DNA of 32,000 nucleotides from Methanoregula sp. (GTDB taxonomy: Archaea > Halobacteriota > Methanomicrobia > Methanomicrobiales > Methanospirillaceae), in assembly GCF_003170075.1 (NCBI RefSeq), contig NZ_PMZU01000042.1, positions 10,655 through 42,654 of the forward strand, in the 5' to 3' direction. Every line of letters begins with the position of its first letter. Position 1 is the stretch's first letter. The translations under genes were made by a program, and so were the position numbers. The notes under the pieces are model-generated. The model was given only the letters and a program-made list of their open reading frames with translations. It did not search any database and was not told the origin of the DNA. Positions 1 through 9,718 of the stretch are shown one piece after another.

Positions 1-646
1 GGGCAAGCGGGAAGATTGCAAGGGCGATGTACTGGAAGATCGCGGGGAGGACTGAAAGGGGAAAGAAGGTACCCGAGAAGAGCATCATGGGCGTAATGAA
101 CAGGAATGAGGGGTAGTTGAGCGTATCGATACTTGGCGTGATCGCGGTAAAGCACATCGCGAGGCTGGCAAACGTGAGCCCGGCGAGGAATGCGAGCGGG
201 ATGGCAAGAAGTGAGAACGGAAGCGAGATGACCCCGAACACCACGAGCACCGGCAGCATGATCGCGACCGAGATCACACTCCGGGTCGCGCCCCAGAGGA
301 GTTCTCCTGCGATCACGTCCTCGATAGAGAGCGGCGTCGCGATGATCGCGTCAAAACTTTTCTGGTAATACATCCTCACGTACGAGCCGTACGTGCACTC
401 GAAGAACGCAGAGTTCATGACCGAGATCGCGAGGATGGCCGGCGCGATGTAGGTGATATACGGCACGCCATCTATCGCGCCAACGTACATCCCGATCCCC
501 AGGCCAAAGGCAGCGAGGTAGAGAAGTGCCTCGATAAGCGGTGGGAAGAAATTCACCTTCCATGTCTTCCAGAAGACATTGAGGTTGCGCTGCCAGACCT
601 TTATCGCACGCCTGCTGACCCGTGGAAGTGAAAAGACGGATGCCAT
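1..646 (-). CDS. ABC-2 type transporter permease (partial, runs off left edge)
   Basis: Minus-strand open frame starting MASVFSLPRVSRRAIKVWQRNLNVFWKTWKVNFFPP, hydrophobic onward, directly downstream of an ABC ATPase gene; absent from the ORF track because it is open at the window edge. Confidence 0.8.
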   Translation of the reverse strand, partial: MASVFSLPRVSRRAIKVWQRNLNVFWKTWKVNFFPPLIEALLYLAAFGLGIGMYVGAIDGVPYITYIAPAILAISVMNSAFFECTYGSYVRMYYQKSFDAIIATPLSIEDVIAGELLWGATRSVISVAIMLPVLVVFGVISLPFSLLAIPLAFLAGLTFASLAMCFTAITPSIDTLNYPSFLFITPMMLFSGTFFPLSVLPAIFQYIALAIFPLA

Positions 647-647
647 G

Positions 648-1652
648 TTATTCCCTCAGATTCCTCCCGGTCAGTTTCAGGAAAACGTCTTCGAGTGTCG
701 CGGGCCGGGTGCTCACCCGGCTTGTTTTGCACCGGTCGAGCAGGGTCTTTGCAAGCTCCCGGGACGCACCCGTTGCCACCTGCACCTGATCGCCAATGGT
801 TTCATATGGTATGCCCATCTCAGTAAGGCAGGCGATCACGTCCGGGGTGTTATCCATCTCCACGATCTCGCTTCCTATCTGGTCCCGGACGAGATCGGCG
901 GGTTTTCCCTCGACAAGGAACGTACCGTTGTCCATGATCGCGAGCCGGTCGCAGAGCCGGGCCGCCTCGTCGAGATAATGGGTGGTGAGCACGATGGTGT
1001 GTCCCTGCACCTGGAGGAGCCGGAGGCGTTCCCATATCAGGTGGCGTGCCTGCGGGTCGAGGCCGATGGTCGGTTCGTCCAGGATAAGCAGATCCGGGTT
1101 GTTGATGAGCGCCCGGGCAAGGATGAGCCGGCGCTTCATGCCCCCCGAGAGCTTGTCGATGGACACATCACGTTTCTCGGTAAGCGCCACGAACGCGAGC
1201 AGGTTATCAGTCCGTTTTTTTGCCTCGGCTGCGGGGAGATCGAAGTACCGGGCATAGGTGAGCAGGTTTCCCGCGCATGTGAAGTCCGGGTCGAGGTTAC
1301 TCTCCTGAGGGACGACGCCGATCCGTTGTTTGATTTCGGCCGGATTGTCATCGGGATCCATGCCGAACACCCGCAGCGTTCCGGATGTGCGGGGCGAGAC
1401 GCACGCGATCATCCGCATGGTTGTGGTCTTCCCGGCGCCGTTCGGCCCAAGGAATCCGAAGATCTCACCTTTTTTCACGCAGAACCGGATGTGGCTGACG
1501 GCAGCCGCACCGCTGTAGGTCTTGGTCAGATTGTCCGCTTCGATGATACCGGGCACCGGCACTCCTCCTCCGTATCCCTCAGTAGAGCATGCATCTATAA
1601 AATTCCCGTGATGGGACAAACAGTTGGTCGGTTCTGTGCATGTCGGGTGCAC
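648..1652 (-). CDS. ABC transporter ATP-binding protein (DrrA-like drug efflux family)
   Basis: Walker A GPNGAGKTTT, signature LSGGMKRR, Walker B LLILDEPTIGLDP; true start may be internal (about residue 30). Confidence 0.9.
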   Translation of the reverse strand: MHPTCTEPTNCLSHHGNFIDACSTEGYGGGVPVPGIIEADNLTKTYSGAAAVSHIRFCVKKGEIFGFLGPNGAGKTTTMRMIACVSPRTSGTLRVFGMDPDDNPAEIKQRIGVVPQESNLDPDFTCAGNLLTYARYFDLPAAEAKKRTDNLLAFVALTEKRDVSIDKLSGGMKRRLILARALINNPDLLILDEPTIGLDPQARHLIWERLRLLQVQGHTIVLTTHYLDEAARLCDRLAIMDNGTFLVEGKPADLVRDQIGSEIVEMDNTPDVIACLTEMGIPYETIGDQVQVATGASRELAKTLLDRCKTSRVSTRPATLEDVFLKLTGRNLRE

Positions 1653-1661
1653 GAAAAAAGA

Positions 1662-2132
1662 TCAGACCGGGGGTGATGTCACTTCGCTTTTTACAAGGAC
1701 GATGCCGGCGATGAGAACCGCGAGCAGGGCTACGGCGGCAAACATCTGGAGTGCATCGGTTGTGCTCGATATGTTGAAGATCAGGATATGCCTGACCATA
1801 CCCGTGAGGCCGGCGATGAGAAGCGCCCGCACCTCGACGTGCTTCGTCCGGAAATAGACGGTAACGGTCTCAAAGAGGACTATGATGGTGATCGTGAGGA
1901 GCAGGGCGTTGATCACCGCAACGATACCGTCTGCAAGGTCGTGGGTGACGATCATGGTAACGATCAGGTGCGCCGCATCGTAGACCGAGAAAACCGCGAT
2001 GATTGTGAGCAGTGCAGCGACGATCATGTAGAGCGCCATCGGAACAAGCGCGAAGAACCTGATGACATACTCGACACCGGGCGGGTTTACCGGCGTCATT
2101 GAAGAGGGAGGATTTTCTGACATGACAAACAC
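1662..2132 (-). CDS. PsiE-like / phosphate-starvation-inducible family membrane protein
   Basis: Small protein with about four TM segments and PsiE-like motif ALLIAGLTGMVRHILIF. Confidence 0.6.
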   Translation of the reverse strand: MFVMSENPPSSMTPVNPPGVEYVIRFFALVPMALYMIVAALLTIIAVFSVYDAAHLIVTMIVTHDLADGIVAVINALLLTITIIVLFETVTVYFRTKHVEVRALLIAGLTGMVRHILIFNISSTTDALQMFAAVALLAVLIAGIVLVKSEVTSPPV

Positions 2133-2202
2133 TCCATGGACAGGTACCAGTAGGTAGTCAACAGGGGGTTAAAAATTGTGTGCTGGTGCTGGTGTCCGGG
2201 CC

Positions 2203-2676
2203 TTATGCCTTTTTTTTGATGCGGGCAAGGGCGCGGCAGGCTGCCTCCCGGACAGCGTCAAAGGGATCGTTGCTCGCGTTCAGGAGCGGTCCTGCCGCCC
2301 TCTGGTCGCCAAGACTGCCCAGCACCTCCGCCGCCCCGGCCCGGATCCGGTCATCGCGGTCGTCCAGGCAGACGGTGAGCGGGATGACTGCCCGCCGGTC
2401 CTTCAGCCTGCCGAGCGCGGCGATCGACCCGGCTCTGACTTCCGGGTCTGGATCGGCCAGTAGGGTGATGAGGCCCGGCACCGCCCGTTCATCGTCCAGC
2501 CTGCCGAGCGCTTGTGCCACTTCCCGGCGGACGGCCGGGTGCGCATCGGAAAGCGCCTGAACGAGCGGCGCCACTGCCGAAGGGTCACCGGATCTGCCGA
2601 GCCGGGCGGCCGCATCGCGTCGTGTCTTTACCGTGGGTGAGCCAAGGGCCGCAAGCAGGGGGGCGATATCGGTCAT
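2203..2676 (-). CDS. HEAT repeat domain-containing protein
   Basis: Tandem ~31-aa units such as SAVAPLVQALSDAHPAVRREVAQALGRLDDERAVPGLITLLADPDPEVRAGSIAALGRL. Confidence 0.85.
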   Translation of the reverse strand: MTDIAPLLAALGSPTVKTRRDAAARLGRSGDPSAVAPLVQALSDAHPAVRREVAQALGRLDDERAVPGLITLLADPDPEVRAGSIAALGRLKDRRAVIPLTVCLDDRDDRIRAGAAEVLGSLGDQRAAGPLLNASNDPFDAVREAACRALARIKKKA

Positions 2677-2701
2677 GACAGGGATCGTTCCGGTAGAATG
2701 A

Positions 2702-3049
2702 TCAGCGATCGCATTCGGCGCCGGACTCGTATGCCACGATCACTTTTTGGGCAATCTCCGGGGAGATCCGGTCGTGGATGAGTTTAACAAGCGCTTCTGC
2801 ATCCTCGACCTCAACGCACCCAAGCCCCTCTTCCCCGGTCAGGATCTTTTCAGTGATGTAGGCCAGTTCCTCGTCGGAAAGTTTGCTGATCCGCCCGGTA
2901 AAATCCTCGGCACTCTCTGCAAAATGGTTGGAGACCGGGGGCAGGATCGCGTGGAACTGGTGTCCCGATCCGCCGCAGGTGAGATCTCCGCATTCGGGTG
3001 CGAGTTTTTTTAAGATTTCAATATCCTTTTCGCTGAGTTCGCGTGCCAT
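2702..3049 (-). CDS. Conserved hypothetical protein
   Basis: C-terminal part of the 242-aa ORF; probable start MARELSEKDIEILKKLAPECGDLTCGG; the upstream extension looks non-coding. Confidence 0.6.
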   Translation of the reverse strand: MARELSEKDIEILKKLAPECGDLTCGGSGHQFHAILPPVSNHFAESAEDFTGRISKLSDEELAYITEKILTGEEGLGCVEVEDAEALVKLIHDRISPEIAQKVIVAYESGAECDR

Positions 3050-3257
3050 AAAAGATCGTGCTTCCCGGGAAAGTATTTCCCGGTATCTCCAGATTAGTCT
3101 TTTTACACGTTTGCGGGTATACCCCTGCCCGGCGCCCCCCCATTCTTCCTTTTGGACCGTAAGTACCGGACCGCGCCGATTACACTGCGATATTAAAAAG
3201 AAACACGCCGTAAAATCTGCCGGTTTACCGGCTCTCTCTAAAAAGGAAGGATGAAGA

Positions 3258-3656
3258 TCAGAAATATTTGTTGATCCAGTTTTTGATCCCTGCAATAATA
3301 CCGTTCCCGCTGCCGGATGAAGATTTTTTCTGGGGGGACCGGGTTGGTTGGGGCTGCGGCCGGCTGGCCTGGATAGGCGGTGGATGGGACACCGTCCGCC
3401 TCTGGACCGGGTCTGCCCGTTCGGGAACATCTTGGATCATGCTGTGCTGTGCCTCTGCCTCGGGTTCAAAGCCCCATGAGAAACCGACCTTGTACGCATT
3501 TTCGTTCTGCCGTATCCAGTTTGCTGCCGCCATGTATCCCCGGTCTTCTGCCCGCCGTACTGTGTCCTGGGTGTCCAGCGTGAAATGGATCTCACGCTCA
3601 AGGGCGACCAGCTCTTCATACACATTACCTGGAACCTTGATCTTCTCCCTGCTCAT
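3258..3656 (-). CDS. Hypothetical protein with Pro/Ser/Gln-rich linker and short C-terminal helix
   Basis: ORF MSREKIKVPGNVYEELVALEREIHFTLDTQDTV...; linker PPPIQASRPQPQPTRSPQKKSSSGSGN then GIIAGIKNWINKYF. Confidence 0.6.
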   Translation of the reverse strand: MSREKIKVPGNVYEELVALEREIHFTLDTQDTVRRAEDRGYMAAANWIRQNENAYKVGFSWGFEPEAEAQHSMIQDVPERADPVQRRTVSHPPPIQASRPQPQPTRSPQKKSSSGSGNGIIAGIKNWINKYF

Positions 3657-4147
3657 AGTTCTTCGTATAGGGATATGCAGGGATACGATATTTAATGCTT
3701 CCTCAAAAAAAGTCGCAGATATGCGTTAAATCCACAAACCGGGTTGAAAAATGACTGTTAAAGACCCCAAAAACGATCCCCCGCAGATAATTGATACGTG
3801 CACCTGCGAAACAGTAGATATCCCGTGTGCATCTCTGATACAGGGAATGCCTGATGGGGAGTGTTCAAGGCAACAGTCGTTTTTGTGGATGATGATCTCC
3901 GGCGGATGTTCTGTACGGATATGGCAAAACTCGAGAGAATTATAGCATCTGGCAAATATGGCGTGCACAAGGTTTCGATTAAGGACAAGCACATCAGTGT
4001 GGAGATAAAAAAATAGGGCGATAAGATCCAGGTAAAAATCTCAAGGGTGACGTAAACCCCTTGAAAAATTATGCGCTGCACCATCACAATGCTTATAGCA
4101 CTCTCAATATAACATCTGAATTATATACCGGCCGGAGGATGGGCTGG

Positions 4148-4522
4148 ATGAAAGGCAGAAAGGTGCAGTATTTTACCGAGAATGAAACGGAGTTTGTCAA
4201 TCTCCTGATCGGGATCGGTGTTCCTCGGACCGTTGCAAAAGTGCTGGTATTTCTGGCAAACACTCCCGAAACCACCTCCCGCGATATCGAACGGGGTGCC
4301 GACCTCCGCCAGCCGGAAGTCAGCATTGCGATGCAGTATCTCAAAGAGCAGGGCTGGATCACGAGCAGGCTGGTCAGGACAGAATCGATTGGCCGACCGC
4401 AGAACGTTGTCAGCCTTTCCCGGCCCATCGCTGAGATCATTGACCGCATCCAGACCGAGAAGGAAGGCGAGATTCAGAAGGAACTGGCCCTCGTGCAGAA
4501 AATCCGGGATTACATCGCTTAA
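4148..4522 (+). CDS. Winged-helix transcriptional regulator (MarR/ArsR/TrmB-like)
   Basis: MKGRKVQYFTENETEFVNLLIGIGVPRTVAKVLVFLANTPETTSRDIERGADLRQPEVSIAMQYLKEQGWI; GGAGG 9 nt upstream of this ATG. Confidence 0.75.
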   Translation: MKGRKVQYFTENETEFVNLLIGIGVPRTVAKVLVFLANTPETTSRDIERGADLRQPEVSIAMQYLKEQGWITSRLVRTESIGRPQNVVSLSRPIAEIIDRIQTEKEGEIQKELALVQKIRDYIA

Positions 4523-4983
4523 TGTCGGTGTGCCGGAGCGTACGGTGGGTTTTTTTCTATTCCCGTGGAGCCAGGTACGGCTTACAGGTCGGATTCGTGC
4601 TCCGCAGAATACAGCAGGGCTTTTACCAGAAAATAGGAGAGTACGGCAGCAATGCAGAGAAGGGCGATCGCAAGCAGGATCCGGTCCTGCGGAGGGATCA
4701 CAAGGGAGAGGTATGCATGGTTGGACAGCATCAGATATTCATCTGCCGTAACGTTCTCTGAATGGTTTTCTCACTGTCTCTATCCTAAAAAAAGTGTTGA
4801 TTGCACCAGCCGTACTCCCTCCCCGCTTACGTATCTCCCCTCGTCGCGCCACAATCTGGAACCCTGATTGGAACTGACGCGAAAACACGTCACTTCAGGG
4901 AAACCATACATACCGTTTAAGGAGTATAATACCCAAAATCCAGTACACGAACGGGAAATCCGTAAAACGGGAGCGTGGCAGCC

Positions 4984-5583
4984 ATGAGTGCATTCATTAT
5001 TTCCGCCGGTGTTTTTACCTTTGTTATCGTACCTCTCCTGATCTTTTGTGCGCGTATCTGCGATATGAGCCTGGATACGATCCGGGTCATCTTCATGTCG
5101 AAAGGGATCAAGTACCTCCCGTCGTTTATCGGCTTTTTCGAAGTGATCATCTGGCTGGTGGCCATCGGCCAGGTCATGAACAACCTGACCAACGCCGTCT
5201 GTTACATCGCGTACGGCGCAGGGTTTGCCACCGGGACGTTTGTCGGCATGGCTATCGAGGAGAAACTGTCGCTTGGCCTTACGAGTGTACGGATCATCAC
5301 CAAGGAAGATCCCTCGGTCCTGATACAGTATCTCCGGGCCCAGAATTACGGTGTCACGAGCATTGATGGGGAAGGTGGAAAGGGCCCGGTGAAGATGGTC
5401 TTTACGATCATCAAGAGGAAGGATCTCGCCCACGTAGTCAGTATCATCAAGGAATATCACCCGAAAGCGTTCTATTCGGTCGAGGAAGTAAAATCGGTTG
5501 CCGAAGGGGTGTTCCCCGAGCGGAGGGCGTCGGGGATCTTCGGGTGGATCAGTTCGCTGCGGCTCCGCCGGGTAGGGAAGTAA
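4984..5583 (+). CDS. DUF2179 / UPF0316 family membrane protein
   Basis: N-terminal TM segments with CARICDMSLDTIRVIFMSKG, C-terminal DUF2179-like GYGVTSIDGEGGKGPVKMVFTIIKRKDL; alternative start at 4975. Confidence 0.8.
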   Translation: MSAFIISAGVFTFVIVPLLIFCARICDMSLDTIRVIFMSKGIKYLPSFIGFFEVIIWLVAIGQVMNNLTNAVCYIAYGAGFATGTFVGMAIEEKLSLGLTSVRIITKEDPSVLIQYLRAQNYGVTSIDGEGGKGPVKMVFTIIKRKDLAHVVSIIKEYHPKAFYSVEEVKSVAEGVFPERRASGIFGWISSLRLRRVGK

Positions 5584-5814
5584 GCCGGTGAAACGGTGGC
5601 CTGAACCCGGCTATTACGTTCTGACCTGCGGATATCTCATCCCCATTTTTCTGTAGGATAATCTTCCCTGCCCGCCCGTTGAGCCAGGATAAGGTGGGGT
5701 GGATGGAACCGCTTTTTTCAGGCATTCTGACGGAGATAAAAACAGCCGGCAGCGGTGCGTAAAAACGTGCCGATACGATAATAAAAAAGCATTGGCCCGG
5801 GAAAACTCCCTACC

Positions 5815-6372
5815 TTACTTTGGGTAGTTCTTCCCGACCGAGAACGCTTTCTCAACCTGCTTGCCCACACCAAAATAGGTGGCCTGGGCATAGACGATCG
5901 GATTGATCTTTGCGATATCCGGTTTCCCTTCTGTGAGGCAGGACTTGTCAGCATGAATCTCCACGACCTCGCCGATGTATAGCAGGTGGCTCCCGCAGTC
6001 AACGGATTTGAACAGCCTGCACTCGATATTGACCGGGCACTCTTCCGCGAGGGGAGCGGTCTTGAGTTTGCCATAGGTCGACCGGAAGACTGCTGACTTG
6101 TCCACCTGCGTACCGGAAACAAGACCGCAGTGGTCGGTCTCGACGACCTGCTTGAGGGACGGCACGTTCAGGCTGAAGGTCTTGTTCTCTTCGATGCCCT
6201 TTACGGTGTACCGCGTCTTGTTAAGCGCAACGCAGACCATCGGCGGCGCCATACAGGCGACCGTGGCCCATGCGGCGGTCATGTAGTTCGGTTTACCTTT
6301 CACGTTTGCGCCCACGAGCACGGTGGGCATGACACTCATGTACGGCATCGGGCCGACTGTTACCTTGGCCAT
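5815..6372 (-). CDS. Flavin reductase family protein (flavoredoxin-like)
   Basis: MPTVLVGANVKGKPNYMTAAWATVACMAPPMVCVALNKTRYTVKGIEENKTFSLNVPS, typical FMN-binding split-barrel flavin reductase motifs. Confidence 0.85.
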   Translation of the reverse strand: MAKVTVGPMPYMSVMPTVLVGANVKGKPNYMTAAWATVACMAPPMVCVALNKTRYTVKGIEENKTFSLNVPSLKQVVETDHCGLVSGTQVDKSAVFRSTYGKLKTAPLAEECPVNIECRLFKSVDCGSHLLYIGEVVEIHADKSCLTEGKPDIAKINPIVYAQATYFGVGKQVEKAFSVGKNYPK

Positions 6373-6496
6373 GTGGATTCACCGGATTCAGGTTCGCGAG
6401 GGAGGGTTTTAAGGGTATCTCTGCGGTAACTTTCTGCTTTCGATAACAATCCAGAAAAGAGGATTTGACCATCAGGGTAAAAGTGAGATGGTAAAA

Positions 6497-6772
6497 TTAT
6501 TTGTCATTATCAGAATCCGTGGTGGGGTCATTCCGTATCACTTGCCGCAACAGCGTACGAAATTCATCATCATGACGTGCGAGATTAAAGAATACATTGC
6601 GCATCGTTTTAGGAAATCGCTCACTGTTCATATCACAGAACTGGCAATAATAGGCACACGCATCAATAATAATATCATCACGATTCAGGAACTTCTGTTT
6701 TGCAATAGTATCCAGTTTTTCAACCAACTCGGTTGGTATTTTCAACGAAACAGCAGTATCCTTATGAGTCAT
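6497..6772 (-). CDS. Ribbon-helix-helix (CopG-like) protein
   Basis: MTHKDTAVSLKIPTELVEKLDTIAKQKFLNRDDIIIDAC resembles an RHH N-terminus. Confidence 0.6.
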   Translation of the reverse strand: MTHKDTAVSLKIPTELVEKLDTIAKQKFLNRDDIIIDACAYYCQFCDMNSERFPKTMRNVFFNLARHDDEFRTLLRQVIRNDPTTDSDNDK

Positions 6773-6862
6773 GTATTGTGTTATTTTTCAAGGGATTATT
6801 AAAACTGTTGCTTAAAAGTTCATGTATTTTTTTGTCTGTAGAATAGAACCATCGTCGAAAAG

Positions 6863-6937
6863 TGCTGCTAAGGGGATTCGAACCCCTGTCGCGAGCGTGA
6901 GAGGCTCGCATGATTGGCCGGTCTACACTATAGCAGC
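6863..6937 (-). tRNA. tRNA-Glu (CTC)
   Basis: Acceptor GCTGCTA/TAGCAGC, anticodon arm CGAGC-CTCTCAC-GCTCG, T arm AGGGGTTCGAATCCCCT. Confidence 0.93.
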
Positions 6938-7155
6938 GTAATTGCCCAGTAACATAGGCGAGGGACTTACTTAAAGTTTGTCAGCTTTACCCCTGCCTTT
7001 TCAGCTGAAGGATCGGGCGGGTAAACCACATTGGGAAACGGGACGGGCAAAGCAGGGAATTTTATCAATCCGGGGGTTTTGCGGCTTTTTGGGCGGGATC
7101 GAAAGGATTCCCCATAAACAACTATATCCCGAACATGCATCGATTAATATGAGAA

Positions 7156-8271
7156 ATGGTTAGTAGTCTTGAAGAGCAGATAGCTGAACTGGAAGCAGAG
7201 CTGTCAAAGACACCTTATAACAAGGCTACTTCCAAGCATATCGGGCGGATAAAAGCGAAGATCGCAAAACTCCGCGACGAAGCAGTCGCCCGTGCGATGA
7301 AGTCCGGCGGGGGTGGGGAAGGTTACTCCGTCAAGAAGTCGGGCGATGCGACCGCAGTGCTCGTCGGTTTCCCGTCGACCGGTAAAAGCACGCTCCTCAA
7401 CAAACTCACCGGTACCGAGAGCGCGGTGGCCGCGTACTCGTTTACCACGCTCACCGTGGTGCCCGGCGCGCTCGAACACAAGGGTGCGAAGATCCAGATG
7501 CTCGATATCCCGGGACTTATCGCCGGCGCAGCCATGGGCAAGGGGCGCGGCAAGGAAGTCATCGGTGTCGTGCGGAGCGGCGACATCATCATCATTCTCG
7601 TGGACGTCTTCAACGGCAAGCACGTGAACGTCCTCATCAAGGAGCTTTACGATGCGGGCATCCGTATCAACGTCCCAAAACCCGACATCACCATTAAGAA
7701 GACCTCGGTGGGCGGTGTCCGGCTCTCGGCGGTCGGGACGCTTGACCTCGACATCGAGGACGTCCGGTCGATCCTCTCCGAGAGCAAGATGATGAACGCG
7801 GAAGTGCTGATCCGTGGCAACGCGACCCAGGAAGATTTAATCGATGCGGTACAGGGCAACCGTGTCTACGTGCCGGCGTTCATCGCGGTCAATAAAGTGG
7901 ATCTCATCGACAAGGAGGCATACCTCGATATCGAGCACGATATCAAGGACCGGTTCGAAACCTCGCCGATCATGATCTCCGCCCATTCCGGGTACCACAT
8001 GGAGGAGCTCAAGGACGCGATCTACGACTGCCTCGGGTTTATGCGAGTCTACCTCAAACCCCAGAGCGGCGAGGCCGATCTCGAAGAGCCGCTGATCGTC
8101 AGGACCGGGAGTACGGTCGAGACGGTCTGCACCAAGCTCCACCGGGATTTCGTCCGCCGGTTCCGGTATGCCCGGGTCTGGGGAAAATCCGTGAAGCACG
8201 GCGGCCAGCGGGTCGGCCTTACGCACAAACTCCTCGACGGGGATATCCTCACCATCATCATCGAGCACTGA
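7156..8271 (+). CDS. DRG-family GTP-binding protein
   Basis: G1 GFPSTGKSTLLN, G3 DIPGLIAGAAMGKGRGKEVIGVVRSGD, G4 NKVD, C-terminal TGS domain. Confidence 0.93.
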   Translation: MVSSLEEQIAELEAELSKTPYNKATSKHIGRIKAKIAKLRDEAVARAMKSGGGGEGYSVKKSGDATAVLVGFPSTGKSTLLNKLTGTESAVAAYSFTTLTVVPGALEHKGAKIQMLDIPGLIAGAAMGKGRGKEVIGVVRSGDIIIILVDVFNGKHVNVLIKELYDAGIRINVPKPDITIKKTSVGGVRLSAVGTLDLDIEDVRSILSESKMMNAEVLIRGNATQEDLIDAVQGNRVYVPAFIAVNKVDLIDKEAYLDIEHDIKDRFETSPIMISAHSGYHMEELKDAIYDCLGFMRVYLKPQSGEADLEEPLIVRTGSTVETVCTKLHRDFVRRFRYARVWGKSVKHGGQRVGLTHKLLDGDILTIIIEH

Positions 8272-8374
8272 CCGTCCGCACGGGCGAGAACAGCAAAGAC
8301 CGGCGGGGAATACTGCCGTTTGCAGAGAGAACGAGAACCCCTCACCTTTAAGTGATGTGGATCCTATCCGGTCT

Positions 8375-9523
8375 TCATTCCTTCTGGGATGGGATTTTAC
8401 CTTTTTTATCCGGTGTACCGATTACTGCAAGAAGTGCAGGGAGCGGGGCGTTGGTTTTTACCCCGGTGCCGGAGAAATGGGTACGGCTTGCGGCGTACCC
8501 GGCAGAACGCAGCCGTTCAAGGACGGTCTCAATAGGCAGCGGGGATGTGGCAAGCGACCGGGCAAGGTGATGGTAATCGTAGTGGCTGGAGAGCGGAAGT
8601 TCCTCCCGGCAGACTGTTAGCAGTTTTGTAAGTTCCTTTTTTGTACCCAGGTCGCAGCCGGCAAGCCGGTCCTGCATCTGCCCGAGGATCTCGTCATTGA
8701 CCAGTTTTCCCAGATAAAGCGGGCCGATGGGGTCGAGCGGTTTCTTGCAGTGCGGGCAGGTGGCAGAGGTGGGAAACATCCCGGGCTGCTCTTCCCGGTA
8801 GGCACAGGAGGGGCACTGCATCACAAAGCCGATCTTTGCAATCGTCCGGTCCGCAGCCTGTGCGCCCCGGGTGATCCTGAGGTTTAAGCGGACGAAGTGC
8901 TCCCGGGCAAAGCAGAAGAGCGGTTCGATACCCCGGTCGTATTTTACTGTTTCACGGACGACAAACCCAAGGAGGATACGGAGTCCAACCTCGCTATGGT
9001 ACTCGGTGTTTTGCGGGTGGGCGAAGTATCGGCGGATGCCGGCCCGGAGATGCGCCCCGCAGAGTGGCGCCGTATCTGTGGCTGTCACGAGCAGGAACCT
9101 TCGGCAGCCCCGTACCCCGGCATCCACAAACGGGGCTGGCGTCCCGAACGGGTCAAGGTCGACCGCGTCAAAGGACCGCTCGGACAAAAGGGAACTGATA
9201 TCACGGCAGGTGACCTCGATGGGAAGACCCGAACGGGCCACGTTTTTTTCGATTAAGGGGATTGCCTCCGGGTCCCTGTCGTTGATCGTGACCGGGATCC
9301 CACACTCGTTTGCGACCCGGAGCCCCCGGACACCGGTTGCACCCATCGCGTCAACGTAATCGGATGGTTTGAGTGCCGAGAGGAGAAGGACGGTGGCATC
9401 CCGGTTGAGCTCCATACGGCGGTTAAAAAAGACCGGGGCGGTGCCGGGTGGGAACTGCTCCCGGTTGTCCTGGACCGGGACAAAAAACGTTGTCTTTCCT
9501 TCCGTTGCCTGGATTACGTCCAT
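8375..9523 (-). CDS. trm1: tRNA (guanine(26)-N2)-dimethyltransferase
   Basis: FFNRRMELNRDATVLLLSAL, DAMGATGVRGLRVANE, DLDPFGTPAPFVDAG, HSEVGLRILLGFVVR. Confidence 0.93.
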   Translation of the reverse strand: MDVIQATEGKTTFFVPVQDNREQFPPGTAPVFFNRRMELNRDATVLLLSALKPSDYVDAMGATGVRGLRVANECGIPVTINDRDPEAIPLIEKNVARSGLPIEVTCRDISSLLSERSFDAVDLDPFGTPAPFVDAGVRGCRRFLLVTATDTAPLCGAHLRAGIRRYFAHPQNTEYHSEVGLRILLGFVVRETVKYDRGIEPLFCFAREHFVRLNLRITRGAQAADRTIAKIGFVMQCPSCAYREEQPGMFPTSATCPHCKKPLDPIGPLYLGKLVNDEILGQMQDRLAGCDLGTKKELTKLLTVCREELPLSSHYDYHHLARSLATSPLPIETVLERLRSAGYAASRTHFSGTGVKTNAPLPALLAVIGTPDKKGKIPSQKE

Positions 9524-9586
9524 TGCGGGAGAGATGTTGAAGCGCGCAAAACTTATACATATTCCCCTGCAATTGGTATGAGCAGT

Positions 9587-9661
9587 GGGCGAGTGGCTTA
9601 GTCCGGATAGAGCGTTAGCCTCCTAAGCTAATGGTCGGGGGTTCAAATCCCCCCTCGCCCG
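9587..9661 (+). tRNA. tRNA-Arg (CCT)
   Basis: Acceptor GGGCGAG/CTCGCCC, anticodon arm TTAGC-CTCCTAA-GCTAA, T arm CGGGGGTTCAAATCCCCCC; T-tract about 10 nt downstream. Confidence 0.93.
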
Positions 9662-9718
9662 TAGGGGCATTTTTTAGGGCAGGTTAATTACCAAACGGCC
9701 AGATACGTGATCCTGCGT

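Noticed and set aside
1-1652. ABC transporter pair as a possible antimicrobial self-immunity cassette
   Set aside because: No biosynthetic, peptide or regulator genes adjacent within the window; common efflux-type pair.
579-1676. 365-aa plus-strand ORF
   Set aside because: Antisense to a clear ABC ATPase with intact Walker and signature motifs; a shadow ORF in GC-rich coding DNA.
4780-5460. 226-aa minus-strand ORF
   Set aside because: Antisense to the DUF2179/UPF0316 gene and composition typical of a shadow frame.
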